Shown: positions 25,110-37,280 of the stretch, piece after piece
Numbering within the stretch: position 1 is the stretch's first letter
Layout of the letters: each line of letters begins with the position of its first letter
Origin: Chara braunii
Lineage: Eukaryota > Plantae > Charophyceae
Direction: 5' to 3'
Assembly: GCA_003427395.1 (NCBI GenBank)
Contig: BFEA01000002.1
Location: 3,260,040-3,318,095, forward strand
Length of the DNA: 58,056 nucleotides
The notes under the pieces: model-generated
Seen by the model: the letters and a program-made list of their open reading frames with translations, nothing else
Told to the model about the DNA's origin: nothing
Databases searched by the model: none
Translations under genes and position numbers: made by a program

Positions 25110-26340
25110 AAGATTGGATGGCCATCAATGACATGGTCTTCCTCGTGCAACCGCTGCAAATGAGGAATGTCGCTTCCATGACGGTGTTGCAGGCGGCAGT
25201 AGCATTGCCCCTGCAAGTGCCAGGTGTTGGTGACAACCTCGCCTTCATAGGGGGATGTATGATTCACAGCCACATTATGCAGTGTGCAGCCTTGAAGGTT
25301 GCCCAGCAGCAAGCATGAAGGAAAGGTAGATTGTGGGTATTGGAATGCAGCGGAGGCGTGTGGTTGGACCTGCAGATAACGTGCTCCAGAGATTTTGTTC
25401 TTCCATGTCGGCTCGTCCTCGAAATCCTTGAGCGGATAGAACTGCACATTCAACGGCATGACACGAACTGGAGGGGGCCATTAGCAGCCTCTCCTAAGTT
25501 CGCATGCGAGCTGGGACATTGGGCAATGGGCACATATTCCAGACAGATGCTTGGCGTGTGGTTGGCGAGTGCCCAGCAGAGCAACACTGACGTCTTGGAG
25601 ACACTTATCAAGGGATAAGGTCACCTCATCATATTCCGTTGGGGGTGTTGTCTATAGGACACCCTAGATGCTTTCTAGAGGAAAAGATTTCCAAGGTGTG
25701 TGGGCATCATGGACTGCACCCACATATACATAGAGAAGCCAAAGAGCAAGAGGGCGGAGTGCTGATACGACCGCACCGGTGGCCACTCCACTGCCGCGCA
25801 GGTTGTGTGTGACCATGATGGCAGGATCTTGGAAGTGTTTGTGGGGTGCCCTGGGTCCGTTCACGATGCCCGTGTGCTACTGATGTCACCCATGTACAAG
25901 GGTGTGCAAGAGGGTAGGGGCATCTTCCATAGTGGTGCGTGACGGCGGAGAAGTCGGGTACTACCTTTTGGGCGATGCTGGGTACCCACAACTGCTATGG
26001 ATAGTGACCCTGGTTAGGGGGAGCACGAGGACGCCACGTTCTATATTGCTTTAAGGTCTATCATCGAGCGATGCTTTGATCGATTGAAAGGATTGTAGTG
26101 CAATTTCATTCGGTGTCAGAACTGCAACATAAAGACCTTGTGCGAGGAGTTCATGTCATGTGCATTCTATACAACATCATGATTGATCATCGATGCGAAT
26201 GTCGAAATCGATCCCATTTTGTTGACAACTGACTCTGAGAGTGGCGAAGAAGACAACGACATTCCTCGTCCTCCTCGTCAACGGCGATGTCGAGCAGGCG
26301 AGATCAGGTGGCACAACGGGGAGGAGGGCTAGGGATGGGA
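25110..26340 (+). pseudogene. Decayed PIF/Harbinger DDE transposase (HARBI1-like nuclease domain)
   Basis: Manual translation across stops and frameshifts gives FPRCVGIMDCTHIYIEKP (~25690-25741), QVVCDHDGRILEVFVGCPGSVHDARVL, YLLGDAGYP and IIERCFDRLKG. These are the characteristic Harbinger motifs in the right order. Boundaries approximate. Confidence 0.88.
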
Positions 26341-26536
26341 GGAAGGCTGAGGATGGGAGGAGGTTTCACTGGTACACTGCACAAATGCTAGCAAAGTCGT
26401 CAGGGATAGGCTGAATTCGCCATGTTCAACACCACGAGAGGTTGCATGGTCCACTGCCTGCAAACCCTTAGGGTGCATGATGCACTGCCTGCAAATCCTT
26501 GGGGTGCATGATGCGTAAAGAAACGGCAAAGCAAAG

Positions 26537-26638
26537 GTCGATTTCGTAGTTATGGACTAGTACATGTCTCCATGGTGCACTTGTGACGGAGCTATCGAAC
26601 CATAATGACTGTGCTGCACTCATCTTCATCACCCTTCT

Positions 26639-26722
<84 letters not shown>

Positions 26723-26723
26723 N

Positions 26724-26794
<71 letters not shown>

Positions 26795-27266
26795 CGCTCG
26801 CTCGCTCGCTCTCTCTATATATATACATATGGTATAATATATGGTATATACATATGGTATAATATATGATGATATATATGTATAGGGTTCAACCTCTTGA
26901 TGGGCCTGTGAAACTCCGATGAAATATTTCGTCACAGCCCTTCGTTTGTTGTCTGATTCTCCCGCTCTGCCTACAGTTTACTGGCCAACTATGTTGGACG
27001 ATATGTATCCCTCTTTGTCTACTGTTCACCCAGCAATTCCGTTTCACAATATATATATATATATCCCTCTCTGCCTACGGTTTACCGAGCAGTTCTGTTT
27101 GACGATATATATATATATATATATTATACCATATGTATATATATACAGAGAGAGAGAGAGAAGAAGAAGGGTGATGAAGATGAGTGCAACACAGTCATTA
27201 TGGTTCGACAGCTCCGTCACAAGTGCACCATGGAGACATGTACCAGTCCATAACTACGAAATCGAC
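26537..27266. repeat. Long inverted repeat enclosing a decayed hammerhead-repeat copy
   Basis: 26537-~26650 is the reverse complement of ~27150-27266, and the match extends through the CT/AG and TA-rich runs. No TSD seen. Confidence 0.85.
26884..26932 (+). ncRNA. Truncated, heavily decayed type III hammerhead copy
   Basis: AGG-GTTCAA-CCTC-TTGATGG-GCCTG-TGAAACT-CCGAT-GAAA-TATTTCGT aligns to the copies at 29370 and 30233. Confidence 0.5.
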
Positions 27267-27269
27267 GTG

Positions 27270-28604
27270 CGGGCCTACTGAATGGTTTCGTTTTTTTACT
27301 ATGGATATGGTAGAATGTTTGTTTTGTGAATCTTGTCTGCTTTGCTACTGTTATTGGGCATCCTGGTTGATTGTTTCCCGTTGTTCGGCCTTTTGAGCAC
27401 GGGGCGGTGCTTGTGTGTGGGAATCGTCATCTGGGATTGTCTTCTCTTTCTTTTTGGTTGTCACACTGGAATCGGAGTCCTTCTTTTTGCTTTCTTTGCA
27501 GACAAGAATGTTTTGATATCCTGGTTGGTCTTGTCCCGTCGTTTGGGCTGTGAGTTGGGGTGGTGCTTGCGTGTGGGACTTGTCATCTGGGATTTGTTTT
27601 GTTGCCCCCTGTTCTGTATTATTTGGCTGTTCCCTTCCTCTTTTCTTTGCCTCTTTGCCTTCTGGTTGTGTGCAAGTGGGTCGATATGACACACGGGGGT
27701 GGGGGCAGCCGCCGCTCAACCTACTACATCCACGTGGGCGGCCTTGTATGCAAGAGGTTCTGAACAGGGGGAGTTGTAAGGAAGAAAAGAAATGAACTGA
27801 TATTTTTTTTGTTTTCCTTTGTTTTTTTCGCTTTTGCGCTCTGATATTTATGTGATGATATATACTCCGACGTTGCTAGCTCTCTGCTTTTGCTGATGAT
27901 GCGGCGAGCGTCGGGCCTGTACTAGCAGGCTTTGTCTTTTCTTATGGAAGAGAATATTTTTTAACATATTTTCTTTAATCTTCCCTATTGATTGGGGTGT
28001 TGCGTTTTACGGGCCTATTGAATGGTTCCGTTTTTTCACTATGGATATGGTAGAATGTTTGTTTTGTGAATCTTGTCTACTTTGCTTCTGTTATTGGGCA
28101 TCCTGGTTGATTGTTTCCCGTTGTTCGGCCTTCTGAGCGCGGGGCGGTGCTTGTATGTGGGAATCGTCATCCGGGATTGTCTTCTCTTTCTTTTTGGTTG
28201 TCACACTGGGATCGGAGCCCTTCTTTTTGCTTTCTTTGCTGACAAGAATGTTTTGATATCATGGTTGGTCTTGTCTCGTCGTTTGGCATGTGAGTTGGGG
28301 CGGTGCTTGCATGTGGGACTTGTCATCTGGGATTTGTTTTGTTGCCCCTTGTTCTGTATTGTTTGGTTGTTCCCTTCCTCTTTTCTTTGCCTCTTTGCCT
28401 TCTGGCTGTGTGCAAGTGGGTCGATATGACGCACGGGGGTGGGGGCAGCTGTCGCTCAACCTACATCCACGTGGGCGGCCTTGTACGCAAGAGGTTTTGA
28501 ACAAGGGGAGTTGTAAGGAAGAAGATAAGAAATGAACTGATATCTTTTTTGTTTTCCTTTGTTTTTTTCGCTTTTGCGCTTGGATATTTATGTGATGATA
28601 TATA
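27270..28604. repeat. ~595-bp direct duplication (27270-27863 and 28010-28604)
   Basis: Two copies with scattered substitutions, both ending in TA runs. The divergence argues for a real duplication rather than an assembly error. Confidence 0.88.
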
Positions 28605-28894
28605 TACATATATATATATACGTACCTTTGTTTCATGGGTGTTTTGCTGTTTTTTGACGAGTTGTGAATCGAAAGTCTATAGAGTTTTCCATTGAGTGAT
28701 AGTCAGCGTGGATTTTTGTCACAGGTACCATGAGGGAAGTGGTTGGTGCCCACGTCAAGGTATGAATTGCCGGGCAGTCGTTGGCGCTATGGTTTACATG
28801 GCAGCTCTGTTTGAACAACCCCTTGTTTGTTGTCCCCTTATCCCTCTTTGTCGACGGTTCACCAGACTATTTTGTTTGACGATATATACAATAT

Positions 28895-28932
28895 CTGTCT
28901 CTTATACACATCTAGATGTGTATAAGAGACAG
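28895..28932. other. Nextera mate-pair junction adapter (library artefact)
   Basis: CTGTCTCTTATACACATCT+AGATGTGTATAAGAGACAG, two inverted Tn5 mosaic ends. Flanked by an identical 161-bp duplication (28734-28894 and 28933-29093). Confidence 0.99.
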
Positions 28933-29107
28933 GGGAAGTGGTTGGTGCCCACGTCAAGGTATGAATTGCCGGGCAGTCGTTGGCGCTATGGTTTACATGG
29001 CAGCTCTGTTTGAACAACCCCTTGTTTGTTGTCCCCTTATCCCTCTTTGTCGACGGTTCACCAGACTATTTTGTTTGACGATATATACAATATTATACAT
29101 ATATATG

Positions 29108-29470
29108 GAGTGTTTTTTTTTTTTGTGATAGACCTTTCTTTGTTTTGTAAGTGTTTTGCTGGCTTCTGACGGGATGTGAACCGAAACCTTCTGGAGTTTT
29201 CCATCTAGTGTGGGTGAATGATAGTCTGCTTTGTTTTTCATCACGGGTACCTTAAGGATAGTGGTTGGTGCCCACGTCAGGGTATTGGTTGTCGGGCAGT
29301 CGTTGATGCTTAACCACGATCGGGGTTAGGGTGGATTATCACTTAAAATGTAATCAATTAGGGGATTCTGCAAACTATTGAGGGTTCAGCCTCTTGACGA
29401 GTTGGTGAAACTTTGATGAAACAGTTTGTCACAGATCCTCGTTACCAGGCAGTTCTCTTTGACGATATAT
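29108..29470 (+). mobile_element. Hammerhead-bearing repeat unit (retrozyme or Penelope pLTR-like)
   Basis: Homologous to 29971-30360 and in part to 28625-28894 and 26884-27110; ends TTGACGATATAT. Confidence 0.6.
29370..29429 (+). ncRNA. Degenerate type III hammerhead ribozyme
   Basis: GCAAACTAT-T-GAGG[GTTCAG]CCTC-TTGACGA-GTTGG[TGAAACT]TTGAT-GAAA-CAGTTTGT. All three stems and the core order are present, but the core carries C>T and G>A changes. Confidence 0.7.
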
Positions 29471-29909
29471 ACCACGACTTCAATAGCACCCCGCTACAGT
29501 TTTCGTCGATCACTTCGAGAAACGATAGTCAAAGGAAAATTTGAATGGGGAGCAACTAATATTCCACCGAAACCTGGGAGGAACGAAAACCGTCCACGGG
29601 AAGGCTTCCAGGACAAGATCGTACAAGAAGTTTTTAGAATGATCTTAGAACCTCTTTATGAACACCACTTTTCCACTTATTAACGCGGCTTCAAACCGGG
29701 ACGTAGTGCTCACACGCCCCTTAATGTTTTAATGGGTACCTTTTATGGTTAACAATGGTATATTGAAGGATCCCTGGAGGCCCTGGAGCTGTAAATCATT
29801 GAACTCTCTATAAGATCATCCAACGAATAATCCGAGATAAAAGGATTCTGAAACTAATCCGCTCTGGACTACAAGCTTTTTTTCATATGCCACACGGAGA
29901 GATGGAGCG
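29471..29909 (+). pseudogene. Group II intron reverse transcriptase/maturase fragment, probably organellar
   Basis: Translates to PKPGRNENRP..FQDKIVQEVFRMILEPLYEHHFSTY*RGFKPGRSAHT..WYIEG..VNH..IIQRIIRDKRILKLIRSGLQA, the N-terminal RT subdomains of group II intron-encoded proteins, with stops and a frameshift. Confidence 0.9.
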
Positions 29910-29970
29910 TTTGTGGTTGGGGTTTTCACTACGCGGCCATGTTGTGCCGCTAGTGCCATTAACGTGTTTA

Positions 29971-30360
29971 GAGTGTATTTTTTGGCTGTGATAGACTTTT
30001 CTTTGTTTCATGGATGTGTTGTTGGCTTCTGATGGGGTGTGAACTAACGGTTTGTAGAGTTTTTAATTTGGTGTGGGTGAGTGATGGTCTGCATTGATTT
30101 TAGTCAAAGGCACCTTGAGGGCAGTGGTTGGCGCCCACCTTAGGATATCAGTTCCTGGGCAGTCATTGATGCCTAACCACAGTCGAGGTTAAGGTGGATA
30201 AACACTTATAGTGTAATCAATTATCGGATTCTGCAGACTGTTAAGGGTTCAGCCTCCTGATGAGTTGGTGACCTCCAATGGAACAGTTTGTCACAACCCC
30301 TCGTTTGTTGTCCTCTTTTCCCTCTGTGCCGACGGTTTACCTAGACAGTTATGTTTGACT
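29971..30360 (+). mobile_element. Hammerhead-bearing repeat unit, second near-complete copy
   Basis: Direct repeat of 29108-29470, followed by TA and CT microsatellites. Confidence 0.6.
30233..30291 (+). ncRNA. Degenerate type III hammerhead ribozyme
   Basis: GCAGACTGT-T-AAGG[GTTCAG]CCTC-CTGATGA-GTTGG[TGACCT]CCAAT-GGAA-CAGTTTGT. CUGAUGA is intact and stem III has 9 bp, but GAAA has become GGAA and GUC has become GUU. Confidence 0.72.
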
Positions 30361-30380
30361 ACAGGTATATGTATATAAAT

Positions 30381-30431
<51 letters not shown>

Positions 30432-32733
30432 CCCCCCCCCCCCTCCCCCCCCCGCCCCCATATGCTTGTATGTAATCGTTTGGGAAAATGTTATGTCAAA
30501 TAAACCTTCCCTAATCGATACCTCAAAGAAGTTGTCTCACCATATAGACCACTAGGAGGAGTTGAGGGCGCAGGCGTTGGCGAGGGAGTGGTCAGGGCGA
30601 GTGGCATGGGAGGAGTAGCAACAAAGGCTAAGGGACTTGGAAACGGGGCGAGCTTCAGCACAAGGTGAGTATACACTTGCACACCCTGCAGTTGGCGGTG
30701 CGCAAATACCCGCGAAGAGTGCAGTAGGAGGTGCACAAACGGCCCGAGACTCAGTAATACGTGGAGGTTCGAGTGCCACCGATGAGGGAGAGTTCGGAGG
30801 CTTTGTTCGGGACCCTCGATGGACATGTTGTTGTTAGATTTGGTGCATCGGGTGCAGGATAGGGGACACAAGGAGCGTCGTACGAAGTCGAGGACGATGT
30901 CGAAAATGGGGAAGGCTTGAATCATGTGGAGATGGGACACATGGGCGGGGAGGATGTGGTGCTTTCTCTTGCATATGAGGTTAGAGACGACATGTCCCCT
31001 GCATTGGTGGTACAAGCTCGGTCGCCGGGGCCATTGCAGCCAATCAGAGATGACGACTCAGCAGGTGTGCCTTCGGACAACAGTTTGGGACGTTGGTGGA
31101 TGGGACAGAGACTCTGCAGTCGGGGGTCTTGCCGGAGGACGAAGGGTATCGTCGGAGGAGGGGTAGATGGCACCGGGTTTGTTGTTTGCTCTTGCGTTGG
31201 ACGGACTTGGTGCATGGGGTGCAGGGTAGGAGACAAAAGGATAGTCATACGAAGTCGAGGACAATGTCGAGAAGGGGGAAGGCTCGCGCCGGGGCAATTG
31301 CAGGTGCCCAGAGATGACGACTCAGCAAGTGTGCCTTCAAACAACGATTTGGGACGTTGGGTGATGGGACAGGGACTCTGCAGTTGGGGGTTTTGCCGGA
31401 GGACGAAGGGTATTGTCGGAGGAGGGGTAGATGACACCGGTTTGTTGTGTGTTGAGCAGTTGGTGTGATTTTTTGTTGAGTATCCGATTGACATCAATTG
31501 GACGGGTTGACACCCAAAAGGCACTGTCGAAGTCGCGTCATCTGTGGGGTGGGCACCAGTGAGCTCACATTACTTAGGGTCTTCCTAGCGTGATGTCCAT
31601 GAGAGAGAGGAGGTTTATAGACAGGCAGCGGCGCAATGGGGTGTCGGCGAGGAGGGAAAAATGCATCCATCACCCCCCATGTCACCACCACCGCCGCGTG
31701 GCATAGGACATCCCATATCGGACCTCACCGTCGGACAAGGCCGCAATCAGTCTTCGTCGTCTACGCTACGTGAGGGGTGAGATTGGGGTGGTCCAACATG
31801 AGATGAATGGCTGAGCGTTTGAGACGGGGCATCACATCGGGGGGAGAGTGGCTTTGGATCCGGCTGCCAACGTAGAGACGCTTGGACCGAGCATCTACAC
31901 GGTTGGACGGATCATCGGAGTAGACCGAGGTCAAACAAGGAGATCGCTAGTGTTGAACACGTCATGGAGGTCCACAAGGAGTGGTGTAAACCTCGTGGTC
32001 AGATGGTAGGTCCAGCCATCACAGATCAATCAATGAGTTGGAGGCTCGGATTGCTGCAAAGGAGGCACAGTTGGCAAAGTTGCAGGCGGAGAGGCGGTAG
32101 CGTTGGAGCAGGCGACAACATATGGTTAGGAGGTAAACACCAAGGAGGAGCTGATCGCACAGGTTGTGTGAAGAGAGAGAGAGGAGCAGGGGATCAGCAT
32201 GTACCATAGTTGACCTCCGTAGGGTAGTCGTCTAAGCGGTCCACTCGACACTGCCAGTATAGGGAGGAGGCGCACAACGAGGAGTTTTTTTTTGGGTATA
32301 TTATCATAGTTGTTTCCATTATGTTTCTTGTGGCATTATTTTATGTATAGTACGACAACACAAACGTGCGTGAGTCGGTTGCTCAGCCGCCTTCCGTAGA
32401 TGATCATAGTATACTTAGATGCTGCTTTAATTTCGTGTTATTAGTTCTTTATGTAGGGCGTGCAGATGTTTCGAGTTCTCAGACATTACTCAGTTAGCCT
32501 ATGAAGCTTTCTTTCTGGCTCATTTCACGTCTCTTTTCCTCCTGCTGATTGTTTGTTACGATTGTAAATTCATGTTTTTTATGTCATTTAGTCATTGGAA
32601 TGGTGGCTTGATAGAGTGATATTGATATTTGATACATGTCAGTATTGTCATTGAAAATAAACATGAATGCAGCTGCGTTGCGATGCATCCATTCTCATGC
32701 TATTTTGTGTGTGTCTGTTTCACCAATGGTTAA

Positions 32734-32881
32734 NNNNNNNNNNNNNNNNNNNNNNNNNNNNNNNNNNNNNNNNNNNNNNNNNNNNNNNNNNNNNNNNNNN
32801 NNNNNNNNNNNNNNNNNNNNNNNNNNNNNNNNNNNNNNNNNNNNNNNNNNNNNNNNNNNNNNNNNNNNNNNNNNNNNNNNN
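32734..32881. other. Assembly gap next to (TG)n
   Basis: Run of N. Confidence 0.99.
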
Positions 32882-32888
32882 TGTGTGT

Positions 32889-32958
<70 letters not shown>

Positions 32959-32984
32959 GTGTGTGTGTGAGTGTGCGTGAGTAT

Positions 32985-33790
32985 TGCAACTGAAGCAGAT
33001 GCTGATGCATGAGCTGCACATTCCACCACAGCTACTGCAGGTGCTACTACACCTCCCGCAGCGGCTGCAGGTGCTGCTACAGCTGCTATACATGTTGCTG
33101 GACCTGCTGCAGATCAGCAGCACCAGCTGCAACAGCAAGTAGAGCACATGCAGGTATTGCAGCAGCGAGTGCATGCACATACTGCAGGTGCTGCTGCAAG
33201 TGTTGCCATGGGTGTCGCGGCTGCTGCAGTAATTGCAACACGTATTGCAGTACCTACAGCAACATCTGCAACAATCGCAGCTGCTGCAGATGGTGCTGCA
33301 GGTACTGCAAAATGCGTTGCAGCAGCTGCATAAACTGCACAAGTTGTAACTGCTGCAGCAGCAGCTGCATAAGCTGCAAAAGCTGTAACTGCTGCAGCAG
33401 CAGCTGCAGCACCGATCAGAGCATGTGCAGCAACTGCAAGTGCTGCACCTATGACAACCGCTGCAATTGCTGCAACAGTACCTGCAGCACCGACAGCCGC
33501 TGCAGATAGTGCTGAATATATTGCAAGGCATCCTGCAGTAGTTGGAACACCTATTGCAGTATGTGCGCCACTTGCAGTTGAAGCAGATGCAAGTGCTGCA
33601 GCTGTTGCAGCAGTTGCAGTACAACACCTACACCATCCACACATGGTACTGCGCGTATTCCAAGACGGGCTGCAACAGCTGTAGATGAAGATGCTGCAGC
33701 AGCTGTTGCAGCATGTGCAGCACTTGCAGCTGCTGCCACAGCAAGTGCTGCAGGTGCTGCAACAACTGCGGCAGTTGCTGCTGCAGCATC
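32985..33790. repeat. CTG/CAG-rich low-complexity tract
   Basis: Dense GCTGCA motifs give poly-Ala, Gln and Cys ORFs in several frames. Confidence 0.85.
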
Positions 33791-34346
33791 TGCACCTGGT
33801 GCCTCTCACAGCCCCATCCAACTATTCCGCCCCTCGCATGCTCCTCCCTCAAGACCCCCCACCCCCCTTTCCCCATTCACCCCCTTCCCCACCCCCTACG
33901 CACCAATGCACGACCAATGTATATTCTTTTTTTTTGTGGGTCCCTTGGCACCCACTTCACCCCTCACACCGGCGAATCACAAAAATCAGGGTGGCGGGAT
34001 GATTTTTTTGAACCCTCTTAAGTCCCATAATTGACCCCCTCGAAAAATTATTATTATTATTATTATTATTATTATTTTGGATGGGGGGCCGCGACCAGCC
34101 CTGAGTAGCTGGAACCTCGCCCCCAACCCGCAGAAACCCCCTGCCCCTGGACACTTCGGTCGGCCGCCAGTCATTAGTGTGACGGTCACCGGACATGGTG
34201 ATTTATAGTGTTATTCCTTTTTCATGTCTTGGGATCATCTTGTTTGTGATGTTAAAAGGTTGATCTAAACTGTTTTCATATTTGCATGATGCTCAAAATA
34301 GAAGACAAACTTCTGTGCGTTCATGAAATTTTGTACTTCACGATCA

Positions 34347-34730
34347 AAAGAGAAGACGCATGCATTCACATGTTCTTCATAGACGCACTTTCATAGCATG
34401 ACATGTGTGGTGCTTGCAGCCCATCGACGATGGTGAAGCGGCGGATGTCATGTGTTGACCTTTGTTGTTATACGCGCACACACACATTTTGGATTTCACA
34501 AGCGAAAGAGAAGACATGCATTCACATGTTCTTCGTACATGCACTTTTCTATCATGACATGTGTGTCATTTGTATCCCGTCAAAGTTGGTGACGCAGTGG
34601 ATGTCATGCGTTGACCTTTATTGTTATACACACACATACGCACACACATTTGGATTTTACTATCGAAAGAGAAGACACATGCATTCACACGTTTTTCATA
34701 CATGCACTTCATATCATGACATTGTCGAGC
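34347..34730. repeat. ~160-bp degenerate tandem repeat, about 2.4 copies
   Basis: AAAGAGAAGAC..ATGCATTCACA recurs at ~34347, ~34506 and ~34667. Confidence 0.8.
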
Positions 34731-37146
34731 GCATTGGTTTCCGCCTTTTTCGCAAAAGGCAAGAGCCCTCCTGACCATGTCACCCAGGATGGATAATTCC
34801 TACGAACACGAAGACGGGCGCGGGCGCATTGCCACCTCGCCGCTCTAGCCGAGTGCGTTGGTCGTACCTCTCGTGATCCCCTTCAAAGGGGTAAAATCCC
34901 GCGAGGCATAACTTGTTTTCTCTAAGGGGGCGTTACGACCTTTAAATGATGTATCCATACCAAGCTACTGACCCACGTACGAAAACCTTTTAGATGCAAA
35001 TGTTGAGGTAGGTCAACCGATGACGTTTTACTCGTTCGGTACAGTGGAGGTACATCTGAACCCGAACGCTCTTTGTTCTTTTGGGCGCTGATCTTCTAAG
35101 TACGAACGAATGTCGGTCGACTACAACGGTTTCGGCCAAGTGTGATACCCACGATTAATCTTAGGCCCTTTAAATTAAATCATACAAAAGATAAAATGGA
35201 AAAAAAAAATCAATACTACGTAGATTCAGTTGCACAAGACCGGCTCAGATCGCATCGGATACAGCCAAACCGACGTGAAAAGTCGACGGTTTCTACGTGC
35301 ATACACATTAAAGACCATTTCCCCTCACAGATTAAGCTTTTGATGTCACCAGTGTTTTTTTCTAATAATGACACATATAATGGTCACTCCAAGAGGTTGC
35401 TAAATTAAGCCCCTTTAAGTGAGATTGAGGAAAACTCAATACCCCTCTTAGTCGTCGCATAAACCTTTTCAGAAGTGCTATGGGGTACTCCTCCTCCTCG
35501 CTCGAGCACAAGACTCGAATCGCAGAAGTCGGGTCGCCTCCACCGAATCGACAAGAGTACCCCTCCGTACAAAATGGTCCACTCTTGGAGCGATAACAAG
35601 GTTAACTCCTAAAGCAACGAACCTCTACCCACGAAGCCTTCTAGAGCGAGGGAATGCACTACCAACTCCGAATGAAAATCATTCATCCCTTAGAGTTAAA
35701 GGAGGTACAAAATGGGAATCATTTGGACGAGCACAGACGAGTAAAGTCGTTCGGGCTATAATGGGTAGCCTTAGAAGAACACTAAGTCCACTTGACTTCA
35801 TCTTCAGTATGTTCGCAGGGCCCGTCAAATTTTTTCATTTCAAGATACAAGTCATTTTTCGATCTTGGCAGGTAAGAGGTAGAAAAAATACCATTTTTTT
35901 CGTCATTCCTAAGATAGGTGCGATCAATTTTTTTTACAAACATCCTTCTACATACCTATACACCAAGCCAAACAACAAGTTCAAAGGGATCTAACAAAGC
36001 CCCATATTCAAGTCATACCTCACCTTTCACCTCCATGACTCTCACAACCCTACTCTACCGTTTATTTTCGAACATTAATCGGATAGGTCAAGCATAGTGT
36101 GGGTAAACATAAGGTGTGAAGGGGATTTCGAGTCTTCCACTGACCTTGAGTGATTGAAGAACAACGTTGGCGGACCCAATCAAGAAAGTCAGGTAATATC
36201 TTAATCAAGTAGAGGAACAAACTTCATAAATGTCAAATATATATGACCAACAACTCGATCAATCGTGACCCTCGCAATAAGAAAGTAGTCCACAGTTCCT
36301 CAATAGACTCAAATTGGGGGAGGTTGTGCCCATTGAAAAAAAAACTTAAGTGAGATAATTTTAAAAGAGGGCGGTCCCAAAGTAAGTTCCATGCAGTCCC
36401 AGTATCCCAGATGGTCCCTTTGCAGTCCCAATGGTACCACAAAGTTCCACTGACTGTCCCAAGTTCACCCAAAACGTTCTCTGAGTCTAAATAAACTTGT
36501 ACGTTGTCGCCTGCAGCATACAATAATCAACCTTCAAAACAATAAAACATGGTTCCAGGTATAAACTTGACCCAATCCATCTGTCACGGTTTTTCCATGA
36601 GACCATTCAAAAGGAGATAGACCATGCTGGAAGAAAATCCAACCGCACGTCCCTCAAAAAAAACTTATGTTGTCGTTTCGGTAGTTCGACGACATGTGTC
36701 CTAAAAATTGTTCCACTGTTATACAATAAATTCGGTTGTACGTCCCCTTGAAACCCCTTGCAATCCTCGTGTTCCGACAACATCTTGCCACAAAACGGTG
36801 TTGCTGTCATGCAAAACTCCAGCAGCACCTTCCCTTGGGAAGGCCTTACATCGCAATAGCAATCCGACAACACTTGCCTTCAAAACCTTGATGCTGCAGC
36901 CTTTTTTTTTTTGGCAAATATCCTTCTCAATTCTCGCCATTGACGCGCCGTTAGCCTGACAGCATAACCCCCTTAAAAACGTTTTGTTGTTGTGTCAAAA
37001 TTTTGACAGTATAACCTTACAAAATGGGGTATAGATCGAATGACGTTGTGGGCCAAGTCCTTAACCTGTGTTCATTGTTGTTTTTTTTTCGACCTGTCCT
37101 TCAAATTTAATGCTTCGTTGCTTTGAAAAAACAATGACTAGTTTAA

Positions 37147-37280
37147 ACCACCAGTACTTGGCGCAACCATCAGCCGCAAAAAAAAATAGAGTAAAAACAT
37201 TTTTAGTCAGATGAATTTGGGTTCTCCTGTAGTAGGCCGTACATTTCCTAAAATCGTGGTGCGTTAACAAGCACGACTCT
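37147..37280. mobile_element. Third copy (one end only) of the TTAA-flanked MITE family
   Basis: TTAA|ACCACCAGTACTTGG, followed by ~130 bp homologous to 13768-13900; the other TIR was not found. Confidence 0.7.

Noticed and set aside
28895-28932. Perfect 38-bp palindrome or apparent Tn5 ends
   Set aside because: Synthetic mosaic-end adapter, not a natural transposon.
30490-32210. Possible Myb/SANT partner ORF of the Harbinger element
   Set aside because: ORF-like remnants and a ~150-bp internal duplication are present, but no Myb/trihelix tryptophan pattern or element TIRs could be identified.
32695-33876. Cys-rich, poly-Ala and poly-Gln ORFs (metallothionein- or antifreeze-like)
   Set aside because: Open in many frames because of CTG/CAG low complexity, and some run into an N-gap.
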